NCBI GenBank assembly: GCA_020348345.1 | Contig: CP070748.1 | Location: 1,293,051-1,357,050 of the forward strand | Source: Methanobacteriota archaeon | GTDB lineage: Archaea; Thermoplasmatota; Thermoplasmata; UBA10834 | DNA: 64,000 bases | Direction of reading: 5' to 3' | Part shown: positions 47,062-56,482 of the stretch, in pieces | Position numbering within the stretch: position 1 is the first letter of the stretch | Layout of the letters: each line of letters begins with the position of its first letter | Notes under the pieces: generated by a model | Databases searched by the model: none | The model's input: the letters and a program-made list of their open reading frames with translations, nothing else | Told to the model about the DNA's origin: nothing | Position numbers and translations under genes: made by a program

Positions 47062-47511
47062 TCACAGCGATTCGAGCTTGGCCTTGATCGCCTCGTTCTC
47101 CTTGCCCATCTTGTCGAGTATCCTCGCAGCTTCGGCCAGGAGGGACTGAGCGGTTTTCGACGAATCGACATAGAATCTTGACGATGTCTCTTCGATCTTC
47201 CCTGCGAAGGCTTTCGCGCCAGCCATGTCCAGCCCCTCGGGAACCTCGGTCTCGACCACGTAGCTGCTGCTGTCCAGATCCTGGATGGGCTCAAGTATCA
47301 TCTCGTTGAGCTTCTCCCTCCGTGTGTGCTCCAGGAGTTCGCTCCGTTTCCTGTGCGTCTCAGAGAGCGCCTTCAGAGGTTCCTGTGCCGACGCGAGGTT
47401 GGGTCTCCCAGCGAGCTCGTCATAGACGTTCGATGCCGCCTTCTCGAGTTCCAGAGCGAATCTGATCACGGAGCCGAACGATGTGCACTCAGGAAAGTCG
47501 TACTCCGTCAT
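47062..47511 (-). CDS. Hypothetical helical protein (about 149 aa), translationally coupled to the aldehyde dehydrogenase gene
   Basis: TGATG stop/start overlap at 47509-47513. Helical, acidic composition. No family recognised. Confidence 0.4.
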   Translation of the reverse strand: MTEYDFPECTSFGSVIRFALELEKAASNVYDELAGRPNLASAQEPLKALSETHRKRSELLEHTRREKLNEMILEPIQDLDSSSYVVETEVPEGLDMAGAKAFAGKIEETSSRFYVDSSKTAQSLLAEAARILDKMGKENEAIKAKLESL

Positions 47512-48992
47512 CAGAACCACCTTGTTATCACAACCTTCCTGTCCGTGAAGAACGAGATGGCGTCTCTGCCCTGGCCGTGCAGGTCTCCGAAGAATGAGTC
47601 TTTGTAGCCAGCGAATGGGAAGTACGCCATCGCGGCCACTATGCCTATGTTTATGCCGATGTTTCCAGCCTGCACCTTGTATCTGAAGTCGCGGGCGTGT
47701 CTTCCGCTCTGCGTGTAAATGGATGCGGCGTTGCCGAACGGGTTCTTGTGAATGAAGTCGATCGCGTCATCCAATGAATCCATCCTGAGGTACGACACCA
47801 CGGGGCCGAAAATCTCCTCCTGGGCGATCTTCATGTCCGGTGTCACGCCATCAATGACGGTCGGTCCGACGAAATGCCCCTTCTCGTAACCGGGAACCTT
47901 TGCCCCCCTGCCGTCGATCAGGATCTTCGCGCCGTCTGCCTCGGCGCCATCTATGTAGCCGATGACCTTCTCCTTTGCCTTTGCGGACACGACGGGCCCC
48001 ATGTTGGTGTTCTCGTCAAGGCCGTAGCCCATCCTGATCCTCTTGGACGCTTCGACGAACTTCTCAATCAGCGGTTCCGCAACATCTCCGATTGCCACGA
48101 GGTTCGAGCCCGCGAGGCATCTCTGGCCTGCGCAGCCGTAGAACGACGCCAGCATGTTGGAAACGGTCCTGTTGAGGACCGCATCAGGCATGACCACGAG
48201 AGAGTTCTTCGCTCCGCCCTGAGCCTGGACTCGCTTGCCGTTCTCGCCGCACTTTTTATAGATGTATCTCGCGACGGGCGTTGATCCGACAAACGAGATA
48301 CCTTTCATGTGAGGATGATCCATCATCGTGTCGGAGACATCGCGGCTGCCGTTCACCAGGTTTATGACGCCCGGAGGGAACCCGGCCTTGTCGATCAGTG
48401 AGAACAGGTACCATTGCGTCAGCGGAACCTGGCTGGATGATTTGACGATGTAGGTGTTGCCCGAGGCGACCGCGTACGGCCAGAACCAGTACGGTATCAT
48501 CGCCGGGAAGTTGAAGGGAGCTATCACGCCGAACACGCCAAGGGGCGATATCACAGCATCCTCATCGATGCCCTGGGCGGCACCGTCTTCGAGGTTATAT
48601 CCCATCATCAACGATGGAATGCCCGCGGCAACCTCGACGTTCTCGATGGTTCTCCTCGTTTCTCCTCTGGCCTCATCGATCGTCTTGCCCTGCTCCTGCA
48701 CCATTATCCTTGCGACGTCCTCGAAGTTGGCCTCGATCAGCTCCTTGAGCTTGAAGAAGATCCTCGCCCTCGTTATCGGCGGCGTTTCCCGCCATGAGAG
48801 CCAGGCATCCTGGGCAGCTTCGATGGCGGCCTTCGTCTCATCGGCAGTGGACATAGGAACCTTCCCTATGATGCCACCTGTCGAGGGGTTCTCGATGTCC
48901 AGATCTTTGGACGATGTCGATTCAACCCACTCGCCGTTCACATAGTTCTTGATCCTTCCGTAATCCTTCTTAACCTCGGGTAGCAAAGCCAT
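47511..48992 (-). CDS. Methylmalonate/malonate-semialdehyde dehydrogenase (CoA-acylating) type aldehyde dehydrogenase
   Basis: KNYVNGEWVES, FVGSTPVARYIY, RVQAQGGAKNSLVV (the GAKN variant typical of MMSDH) and CAGQRCLA (catalytic Cys). AGGAGA Shine-Dalgarno upstream. Confidence 0.8.
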   Translation of the reverse strand: MALLPEVKKDYGRIKNYVNGEWVESTSSKDLDIENPSTGGIIGKVPMSTADETKAAIEAAQDAWLSWRETPPITRARIFFKLKELIEANFEDVARIMVQEQGKTIDEARGETRRTIENVEVAAGIPSLMMGYNLEDGAAQGIDEDAVISPLGVFGVIAPFNFPAMIPYWFWPYAVASGNTYIVKSSSQVPLTQWYLFSLIDKAGFPPGVINLVNGSRDVSDTMMDHPHMKGISFVGSTPVARYIYKKCGENGKRVQAQGGAKNSLVVMPDAVLNRTVSNMLASFYGCAGQRCLAGSNLVAIGDVAEPLIEKFVEASKRIRMGYGLDENTNMGPVVSAKAKEKVIGYIDGAEADGAKILIDGRGAKVPGYEKGHFVGPTVIDGVTPDMKIAQEEIFGPVVSYLRMDSLDDAIDFIHKNPFGNAASIYTQSGRHARDFRYKVQAGNIGINIGIVAAMAYFPFAGYKDSFFGDLHGQGRDAISFFTDRKVVITRWF

Positions 48993-49459
48993 GCTCTCTT
49001 TCTCCTTCAGTGTGCGCTGGATCCGGCCACATCGTCCTGCGCGTCAGCTGGTCTGTTCGCCGGACAGCGCAGCAACGCGGCTCCGGCCGAAAGGACGTTG
49101 CGATTATCAGTTAACGCTGAAACCCCCCTCGATGTTGGCGTCTGCGAGCCTGTTCTCCTCGTTGTCTTTGGATTATTTCCAGCTTTTGGGCTCGAAATTC
49201 GCCAATGAACCAGCTATTGTGGCCTCATTCGCGGTGTATGTTCTCGATCTGTATATAGCTTTCCATCATCCGATAGAACCAAGCTTTTTGTTTTATACGC
49301 AGCACATAAAAATCTGGCCTGGAACGATTTGGAGCGCCTTTCGAAGGCACACCCCCGGATATCGAACGCGGCGCATACGAGGCCCCAGCCTACGGGAGGT
49401 TCTCCAGACCGAAATGAAGGCTGGAAAGGGTTGCGGTCGTTCCACGTATCAGCGAGGCT

Positions 49460-50830
49460 TCACACCAGGCCCGCCTTCCTCGTCTCCTGGACGACCGCCT
49501 CCTCCAATATGTCCAAGCCCTTCTCGAGGAGGCCCTGCCGGATGATCAGCGGCGGGTGGAGGCGTATGACGTTGTTGAACTGGCCTGCCGTCAGAATATA
49601 GAGCCCTTTCTTGAAGCATGCGAGCTGTATGCTCCGAGCCAGCTCCGGCATTGGCTCCCTCGAACTCTTGGTTTTGACGAGCTCCATGCCCATCATGGCA
49701 CCAATGCCACGCACATCCCCGACGACCTCGAAACGCTTCTTCCACTCGTCGAGGCGCTTCTTCTCCACACGGTGTATCATCTTGGTGTTCGGCAACGCCT
49801 TCTTGGTGAGTTCTATGGATGCCAGCGCGCCCGCGCAGCACACGGGGTTTCCGCCGAACGTGCCTCCGAGACTGGCAGGGCCCGGAGCGGACATGATATC
49901 GTCACGACCCGTGACCCCTCCCAGAGGCATCCCCAGAGAAAGCCCCTTCCCGGAAACGAGCATATCCGGCTCGGCCTTCCAATTCTGAATTCCGAACATC
50001 CTGCCGGTGCGGCCGAAGCCGGTCTGAACCTCATCGTCGATGAATACGATGCCGTTATCCTTGCAGATCTTGGTCACCTTCTCCCAGTAGCCAGGCGGCG
50101 GCGCGATGAAGCCCCCCTCGCCCTGTACGGGCTCTGCGACCAAGCAGGCTATGTTGCCCTCCAGAGGAGGCGTCTGCACGACCGTCCGAATCGTGTCGAC
50201 ACAAGCCAGATTGCATGATGGATACTCCAGCTCAAGCGGGCATCTGTAGCAGTATGCGAAGTCAAGGTGCTGGATGTTGGACAGGAGCGGGCCGAAGCCT
50301 TCCCTGTACGGCTTCTCCTTCGCCGTCAGCGATATGTCCAGTATGGTTCGGCCATGGAATGCGGTCTTGTACGACAGAAGCCACGGCTTCTTGGTGTACG
50401 AGCGCGCGATCTTCACGGCGTTCTCTACGGCCTCTGAGCCGCTGTTCAGGAATATGCTCTTCTTCAGCTTCCCGGGACATATCTTCGCCATCTCCTGTGC
50501 CAGCTGTATGTATGACTCGTACATGCTGACCATGAAGCAGATGTGGATGAACTCGTCCAGCTGGTCCTTGCAGGCCTTCACCATCGCCGGGGCTCTGTGG
50601 CCACAATTATGGACACCGATGCCGACAGTGAAATCCAGATACACATTGCCGTCGACATCCCTCATGAATGGCCCTTCGGCAACATCCAGTTCGGCGGGCA
50701 GGCCGATCTTGATCCCGTCGGTAACGTATCTTTCCTTCCTTTTCATGGCGGCCCTGGATTTCGGCCCCGGAGGCTCCACCACGATCTTTGGGCCCTTCAG
50801 ATTATATGATTTCGTCTTGGCCATATCCAT
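49460..50830 (-). CDS. Class-III PLP aminotransferase (GabT / beta-alanine-type omega-aminotransferase)
   Basis: GIGVHNCGHR, NSGSEAVENAVKIAR, EPVQGEGGF, FIDDEVQTGFGRTG and SGKGLSLGMPLG (PLP Lys). ATG at 50830; the track ORF starts at 50971, inside the upstream gene. Confidence 0.85.
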   Translation of the reverse strand: MDMAKTKSYNLKGPKIVVEPPGPKSRAAMKRKERYVTDGIKIGLPAELDVAEGPFMRDVDGNVYLDFTVGIGVHNCGHRAPAMVKACKDQLDEFIHICFMVSMYESYIQLAQEMAKICPGKLKKSIFLNSGSEAVENAVKIARSYTKKPWLLSYKTAFHGRTILDISLTAKEKPYREGFGPLLSNIQHLDFAYCYRCPLELEYPSCNLACVDTIRTVVQTPPLEGNIACLVAEPVQGEGGFIAPPPGYWEKVTKICKDNGIVFIDDEVQTGFGRTGRMFGIQNWKAEPDMLVSGKGLSLGMPLGGVTGRDDIMSAPGPASLGGTFGGNPVCCAGALASIELTKKALPNTKMIHRVEKKRLDEWKKRFEVVGDVRGIGAMMGMELVKTKSSREPMPELARSIQLACFKKGLYILTAGQFNNVIRLHPPLIIRQGLLEKGLDILEEAVVQETRKAGLV

Positions 50831-50862
50831 CACTCTCGATTGACCACGCCTCCGCAGGCGCG

Positions 50863-52245
50863 TCAGAGACGCTTTTTCTCGACCTCCCTGATCGATTCTA
50901 CGAGACAGTCCAGCCCGACGTCCATCTCGTCCTTTGATATGCAGAGTGGAGGTGCTATCCTGAAGGAGCACGCGCCCGCCCCGATGGCGACGACTCCTTT
51001 CTTCCAGGCGCGTTCGATTATCTCCGATGCGAGATCGCCTCCGGGCTCCTTCGTCTTCTTGTCCTTGACAATCTCCACGCCGATCATCAGACCGATGCCC
51101 CGCACGTCCCCGATTATCTTGGAACGTCTCTGCACCTCGCGCATGCGCTTCATCGCGTGCTCACCCATCTTCACGGCGTTTCGCCTAAGCTTCTCCTTCT
51201 CCATGACACCTATCGTGGCGAGCGCGGATTGGCAGGCAACGGGAGTGCCGCCCAGCGTCGTGCAGTGAGAACCCGCCTCCCAATCGAATATCTCCTCGCG
51301 GCCGATGGTAGCTCCGAGCGACATGCCACCTCCCAGAGCTTTTGACGAGCATATGATATCGGGCACCACACCGAAGTTTTCGATGGCCCACCATTTGCCT
51401 GTGCGGCCCATGCCCGACTGGACCTCGTCGACGGCATAGATGATACCATGCTTCCTGTACAGCTTCTTCAGCCGCTTGTGATAGTCCTTCGGCGGAACCA
51501 CATATCCTCCCTCGCCCTGAATGGGTTCGATCAGCGACGCGGCCACCTCGTCTGGCGGTACGAACTTCTTCAGCACATGATCCTCGATGAAGTCCACGCA
51601 CCAGTATTCACAATCAGGAAAGGTCATCTTGTAAGGACATCTGTAGCAGTAGGCGTAGGGTACGTGCGTCACACCCGGCATCGTCGGGAAGAATCCAGCC
51701 TTCTGGACCGTAGAACTGGCCGTGAAGCTCAGAGCGCCCATGCTCCTTCCGTGGAACGCCCCGGTGTAGGCTATGTACATCGGGCGTCGGCTGTGCCATC
51801 TAGTTACCTTGGCGAACGCCTCTATACTCTCAGCTCCGCTGCCGCTGAAGAAGACCTTCTTCCGGAAGTTGCCAGGCGTGATCTCGTTCAACTTCTCCGC
51901 GAGCTCCACAGCGTATCTGTAGTAGAAGTCCGTGTAGGAGTAGTGCTGAAGACGGTTCGCCTGCTTGGTGATAGCCTTCACCACTTCCGGATGGCAGTGG
52001 CCGACGTTCATCGCCCCCAGGCCACTGTTGAAATCGATGTACTCGTTGCCGTCTATATCCTCGATTATGCAGCCCTTGCCCTTCTCGACGACGAACGGGT
52101 AGTAGTAAGGTCGATTGTACGGCGACAGAACCAGCTTGTCACGCTTCACTACCGCCTTCGCTTTCGGTCCTGGTGGATCCACGACTCGTTTCAAAGAAAC
52201 CTTTCGTTTTCGTTCAGCCTTCAATTTCTCCCTCTCCCTATCCAA
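50863..52245 (-). CDS. Class-III PLP aminotransferase, second paralogue
   Basis: GLGAMNVGHCHP, FSGSGAESIEAFAKV, EPIQGEGGY, AVDEVQSGMGRTG and SSKALGGGMSLG. Confidence 0.85.
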   Translation of the reverse strand: MDREREKLKAERKRKVSLKRVVDPPGPKAKAVVKRDKLVLSPYNRPYYYPFVVEKGKGCIIEDIDGNEYIDFNSGLGAMNVGHCHPEVVKAITKQANRLQHYSYTDFYYRYAVELAEKLNEITPGNFRKKVFFSGSGAESIEAFAKVTRWHSRRPMYIAYTGAFHGRSMGALSFTASSTVQKAGFFPTMPGVTHVPYAYCYRCPYKMTFPDCEYWCVDFIEDHVLKKFVPPDEVAASLIEPIQGEGGYVVPPKDYHKRLKKLYRKHGIIYAVDEVQSGMGRTGKWWAIENFGVVPDIICSSKALGGGMSLGATIGREEIFDWEAGSHCTTLGGTPVACQSALATIGVMEKEKLRRNAVKMGEHAMKRMREVQRRSKIIGDVRGIGLMIGVEIVKDKKTKEPGGDLASEIIERAWKKGVVAIGAGACSFRIAPPLCISKDEMDVGLDCLVESIREVEKKRL

Positions 52246-52338
52246 TTCTTCCGAATGTCATATCTGTAATTTAGACTTTCCATCGAGATGAAATCATATT
52301 GTGAAAGGTTTATCGAGAGGTAGGGTCATCGTCGAAGT

Positions 52339-53199
52339 ATGCCTACAATCCTCGTTCGCTACGGCGAGGTAGGTCTGAAGAGCAAGCGTGTGCGCAGCCG
52401 GTTCGAGGCCGCCCTTCGAGATGACATCAGACGCAAGCACGCCAGCGCTGGCGTCCCGTGCGTCGTCTCCTCAGGCAGAGGGAGGATATATGTCGACTCG
52501 GATGATTGGCGCAGCAGCTGCGAATTGCTGTCACGGACTTTCGGTGTTGTCTCATTCAGTCCTGCCACGAAAATCGGCAGTGACCTGGACGAATTGATCA
52601 CGGGAATCGTCAGGTTCGCCGAGCCGTTGATGTTCGATGGAGCATCCTTCGCCATAAGGGCAAGGCGGTCCGGAAGCCATCCTTACACAAGCCTGAAGGT
52701 CTGCGAAGAGGCGGGATCCGCCGTTCTTGACGCCAATGCGAGCCGTGAAGCAAGGGTGGATCTTGACGACCCCGATGTGGAGATCTTCGTGGAGGTGCGG
52801 GAACGAGATGCGTACCTCTTCAGCTCGGTGCTCCCGGGCCCAGGCGGGCTTCCAAAAGGCACCCAAGGGCGCGTTCTGGCGTTCATGTCGTCAGGCCGAG
52901 GCGTGGCGGCCGCGTGGCTGCTGATGAAACGTGGATGCACGGTGGTCGCGGCATGCAACGAGGTGGAACTCTGCAGGCCGTTGAGCGAGTGGGACAATGG
53001 TATCAGGATCCTGTCACGCGAAGGCGATCCGTTCTCGCAGGCCAAGGCAGAGAGATGCCTGGCGATTGTTCTCGACTGGAGCATCGATGACCTGGGAAAT
53101 CGCGGCGGGCTCAAGGGTGGCGTTCCTGTGTTCTATCCGCTTGTGGGCCTCAGAGATGATGAGGCAATGCGCCTTAGCGAAAGAATTGCGAGGACCTAG
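52339..53199 (+). CDS. ThiI-like THUMP-domain protein with a shortened, degenerate PP-loop domain
   Basis: ILVRYGEVGLKSKRVRSRFE matches the ThiI N-terminus and THUMP region. Where ThiI has SGGIDS, the sequence reads FMSSGRGVAAAWLLMKRGC. Only 286 aa. Confidence 0.6.
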   Translation: MPTILVRYGEVGLKSKRVRSRFEAALRDDIRRKHASAGVPCVVSSGRGRIYVDSDDWRSSCELLSRTFGVVSFSPATKIGSDLDELITGIVRFAEPLMFDGASFAIRARRSGSHPYTSLKVCEEAGSAVLDANASREARVDLDDPDVEIFVEVRERDAYLFSSVLPGPGGLPKGTQGRVLAFMSSGRGVAAAWLLMKRGCTVVAACNEVELCRPLSEWDNGIRILSREGDPFSQAKAERCLAIVLDWSIDDLGNRGGLKGGVPVFYPLVGLRDDEAMRLSERIART

Positions 53200-53777
53200 G
53201 TCCCCTTTCTGTTGTGCGAGCGAAGTGACGGTCTAACCTTCTCAGCACCCCTTCCTCGGGTTCTTACGAGCCCTCTGCCGCGCTTACCGGCCGGGGTCAG
53301 GCCTCTTGATGCCCGGTGATAGTGCTTCCCTGTGCATATCCAATTCAGCTTCGGGTCCGCCTTGATCACAGGGTGGTTGGGATCAACAAGTATGACTTCG
53401 AACCATTTGCTCTTTCCATCCTCGCCGACCCAGTACGAAGCCAGCACCTCGAGGTTCGGGTACCTCTTCGCGGTCCTCTCCTCAGCGATTCTCTGGATGT
53501 TCTTCTTCATCGTTATCTTGGAGATACCCTTCCTCTTGGGTCTGCGGCCCTTCCTTATGCGGTGCTTCCTGAGGCCGCCCTTCCTGACTCGTGCCCGAAC
53601 AACCACGACGCCCTGCTTCGCCTTGTAACCTAGGGTTCGTGCCTTGTCGAGCCTCGTGGGCCTATCGACACGCACGAAGCTGCCTTCCTTTCTCCAATCA
53701 ACGAGTCGCTGCCACATCACCGCCTTCATGTCATCGCTGCTGTGGTCCTTCCAAGCTTCACCGACAAAATGATACAT
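53196..53777 (-). CDS. rpl15e: Ribosomal protein eL15 (L15e)
   Basis: MYHFVGEAWKD...GYKAKQGVVVVRARVRKGG...RKGRRPKRKG...YWVGEDG. The core starts at the ATG at 53777. The ORF stays open upstream to 53960. Confidence 0.85.
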   Translation of the reverse strand: MYHFVGEAWKDHSSDDMKAVMWQRLVDWRKEGSFVRVDRPTRLDKARTLGYKAKQGVVVVRARVRKGGLRKHRIRKGRRPKRKGISKITMKKNIQRIAEERTAKRYPNLEVLASYWVGEDGKSKWFEVILVDPNHPVIKADPKLNWICTGKHYHRASRGLTPAGKRGRGLVRTRGRGAEKVRPSLRSHNRKGT

Positions 53778-54067
53778 GCTGCGGGATCCGCTCTTGGCCT
53801 TCCCGCCCTCGGCTTTGGCCGTAGATGCCTTGGCCGAATCGGTCACTTCCGTACGCTCCATACCGGATGGAGTCTTGTCCGCCTTCTCTTCCATCGTAAC
53901 ACATCCAGCTGTTGATGGGTTCACGCCCTCAGGCGCACATCCCCTTGCGAGACCAGGCAAGTCTCGCCGCTGCAGGCACGAGCAATCGGGTCGCCGTATT
54001 TAAATGTGTTGCATCGCGCCGATATCTCCCGCGTGTGACAACCTCAGACAACTTTGTCGATGACTGC

Positions 54068-56482
54068 TCACATGAAGTCGTCGAGGCTCAGCTTGCTGTC
54101 GGTCCTCTTGGGTCTGGCAGTGACCCTGGAGGATTCCGGTCCCCGCGTATTCCTGAAGCTGTGGCTCGTGAGCGTCTTCTGCTGGGCTCCTGTCAGGAGG
54201 GACTTCGAATCCCAGCCAAAGGTGTCCGTCACTCTCGAGACTGTCGCTGCGATGCGCGTCGCATAGTAGTTGGAGTCCGGCTTCGCGACGAACTCACGGC
54301 CCTCGATCCACGGCTCCACCTCGTTGGGCGACGCCTTGCCATTGGTCACGATCCATGAGACCTTCATCCCAGGCATGACCTCGTAGCCCATGTCCCTGAG
54401 CATACGAGCGACGCGCACATTGACCATTCTGTCACTTGCTTTGTACTGACTCTCATCCTTGACTGAACGGCTGATCACGAGCTTTGCGGGGTCGACCTTT
54501 CCGGCGAGCAGATCGTCTATGACGCCTCTCGTGTACGCGACCGCTCCGTTCATGTCATCAGCCAGTATTCGCTCGAACACCTCCTGCAGCGTCTCGCTCT
54601 GGAGGTCGAACGAATCGGTCCTTCGCATCTCGTAGCCTCGTACGATCAACTCCTCCCTGGGCCAGATCATTCTGCCAACGTATCGCTTCTTCTTTCCATG
54701 AGAGAAGAATGGCTCCATCACCTTCTCGAACTCCAGCACCATGCCGCCCTTCGAGAAGCGCTCCGCAGTGTCCTTGCCGAGCCTGATCGTGGCATCGAGA
54801 TCCTCATGCGGCGAGAGGAAGAACACGGAGTCCGTATCTGAGTATATCACCTTGAGATCCTCGCCCTCCAGCTTCCTGATCAATTCCTTCGTCGCCTCCC
54901 TTGAGAAGGCAGTGATGCTCGCGCCTATCTTGGGATCGGTGAACCGGTAGAACGAGGATGCCAGAACGCCGTAGAACGAGTTCATCAGTATCTTCACGGC
55001 CTCCTGCAGGCCGTTGTAGTAGTCCTTCTCGTCCGGCATCTCGGCGTCGTTCATCGCCCTCTTGATCGCCGCTCGCTCCTCCATCAGGCTGATGAGTATC
55101 CCGGGCAGAAGCCCTTCCCTCTTCTCCTTGGACAGGAACCTGGCGCCGGTGGGCGACACGATCGAGCCTTCTGGCGAAAGGGTCGTGAAACATATGTTGT
55201 TCGCGATGATCATACTCGGGTACATGCTCCGAAAGTCGAGCGTCAGGACCCAATGATACAGCCCTGGCTCCATCTCGTGTACGTATCCTCCTTCGATCGG
55301 CTTGGAGTCACTCGAGGAGCGGGACGTCATCGGCACCGCCACCCGCTGTCTATCCGCCTCACGGATCAGAATCGAATCGACGAGCTGAGAGGTTGATCCA
55401 TTGACCACATCATCGAGCGGAAGCTTGGATACGGCTGCGAGGTCCATGCTCCTATTGAGTATAGCGATCTTCTCGAGTATGCGCAGGGCGAGTGCGGCGT
55501 CCTGCACGCAGTACTCCATTACGCGCTCGCTGTCCGCCTCCCACTCTTCGTCCATCTTCTTGGGATCGACGTCGTGCTTCTCCTCGTCCAGCAGCTGCTT
55601 GGCAACGGCGTTCAGCGTCTCCTGCTTGGGCTTGAGAACGCGCTTCACCGCCCACCATGCATCGATTATGACCCTTCCCTGAGCCCTCCAGAACCTGTTG
55701 TACTGATCTATCTCGGTCGGGAACCGTCCCCATATCAGCGGTCCGAGGCCCAGGTCCTTTGCCCGCTGCTCTACCTGAGGGATGTCGAAACCATCGATGT
55801 TGTATCCGGTTATGACATCCGGGTCGATCTCGATGATATAGGATGAGAAATCGGATATGATCCTCTTCTCGTCCCCGAAGAACCTCTTTGTCGAGATCTT
55901 GTCGCCCTCCTTAGCAACGCAGCAGATGGTGAATATCTTCGACTCCTTCAGGCTGGTCTCTATGTCGAAACTCAATATCTTCAGATCTGGCCTGAACGGG
56001 GGTATCTCCTCGAACCGCTCGGCCTCGACCACTATATCCGTCGCGAAGGCTTCGTCAGGCGACTCATTGCCAAACACGCGGACGCATGCTCCAATGCCGA
56101 GGTCGTATACGAATCTGAAATGGAACGGTATGTCGGCCGCGAGGACGGCTGGCACGGAATCCATGAGGTCCCTCCGGATGCTGGGCACCAGGCCTGGATG
56201 TGTGGCCACCACCCGACGGCATCGGCGCATCTCACCTCCGTACAACAGCTCGACTTCCTCCGTACGTCTGATACGTTTCGCGTCGGCCTCCAATATCTTC
56301 ACCACATCATCTGACGGTTCAACGATGTAGAAGTACGGCTCGAAACCCCTGTACTTGACCGCCACGGAACGTCCGTCCTGCATCTTGCCGAAGAGGCGCA
56401 TCTCCAGGTTGTCCTCGAATTCCTCGTACTTCGGGTGAGATGTGACTCCAATCAGCCTTAGGTCCCAATGATCCATCGGCAT
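54068..56482 (-). CDS. polB: Family-B DNA polymerase
   Basis: Exonuclease motif LSFDIETS and polymerase motifs DFRSMYPSMIIANN, KILMNSFYG and YSDTDSVFF. 804 aa, contiguous (no intein). Confidence 0.9.
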   Translation of the reverse strand: MPMDHWDLRLIGVTSHPKYEEFEDNLEMRLFGKMQDGRSVAVKYRGFEPYFYIVEPSDDVVKILEADAKRIRRTEEVELLYGGEMRRCRRVVATHPGLVPSIRRDLMDSVPAVLAADIPFHFRFVYDLGIGACVRVFGNESPDEAFATDIVVEAERFEEIPPFRPDLKILSFDIETSLKESKIFTICCVAKEGDKISTKRFFGDEKRIISDFSSYIIEIDPDVITGYNIDGFDIPQVEQRAKDLGLGPLIWGRFPTEIDQYNRFWRAQGRVIIDAWWAVKRVLKPKQETLNAVAKQLLDEEKHDVDPKKMDEEWEADSERVMEYCVQDAALALRILEKIAILNRSMDLAAVSKLPLDDVVNGSTSQLVDSILIREADRQRVAVPMTSRSSSDSKPIEGGYVHEMEPGLYHWVLTLDFRSMYPSMIIANNICFTTLSPEGSIVSPTGARFLSKEKREGLLPGILISLMEERAAIKRAMNDAEMPDEKDYYNGLQEAVKILMNSFYGVLASSFYRFTDPKIGASITAFSREATKELIRKLEGEDLKVIYSDTDSVFFLSPHEDLDATIRLGKDTAERFSKGGMVLEFEKVMEPFFSHGKKKRYVGRMIWPREELIVRGYEMRRTDSFDLQSETLQEVFERILADDMNGAVAYTRGVIDDLLAGKVDPAKLVISRSVKDESQYKASDRMVNVRVARMLRDMGYEVMPGMKVSWIVTNGKASPNEVEPWIEGREFVAKPDSNYYATRIAATVSRVTDTFGWDSKSLLTGAQQKTLTSHSFRNTRGPESSRVTARPKRTDSKLSLDDFM

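Noticed and set aside
48991-49545. 184-aa plus-strand ORF that fills the long intergenic gap
   Set aside because: It is Pro/Arg/Ser-rich and low in complexity, runs into the 3' end of the aminotransferase gene on the other strand, and has no Shine-Dalgarno. Not credible as a gene. The gap itself is reported as a finding.
51448-52269. 273-aa plus-strand ORF antisense to the second aminotransferase gene. Similar cases: 60256-61047 (plus strand) over rpoF/rpl21e, 41413-42060 (plus strand) over tauE, and 359-1585 (minus strand) over oppB/oppC.
   Set aside because: All are antisense to genes with clear family motifs and have an Arg/His/Val/Pro-biased composition. Treated as shadow ORFs.
54068-56482. 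Possible intein or split in the family-B DNA polymerase
   Set aside because: The 804-aa length is standard, the exonuclease and polymerase motifs are contiguous, and no intein-type block was seen.
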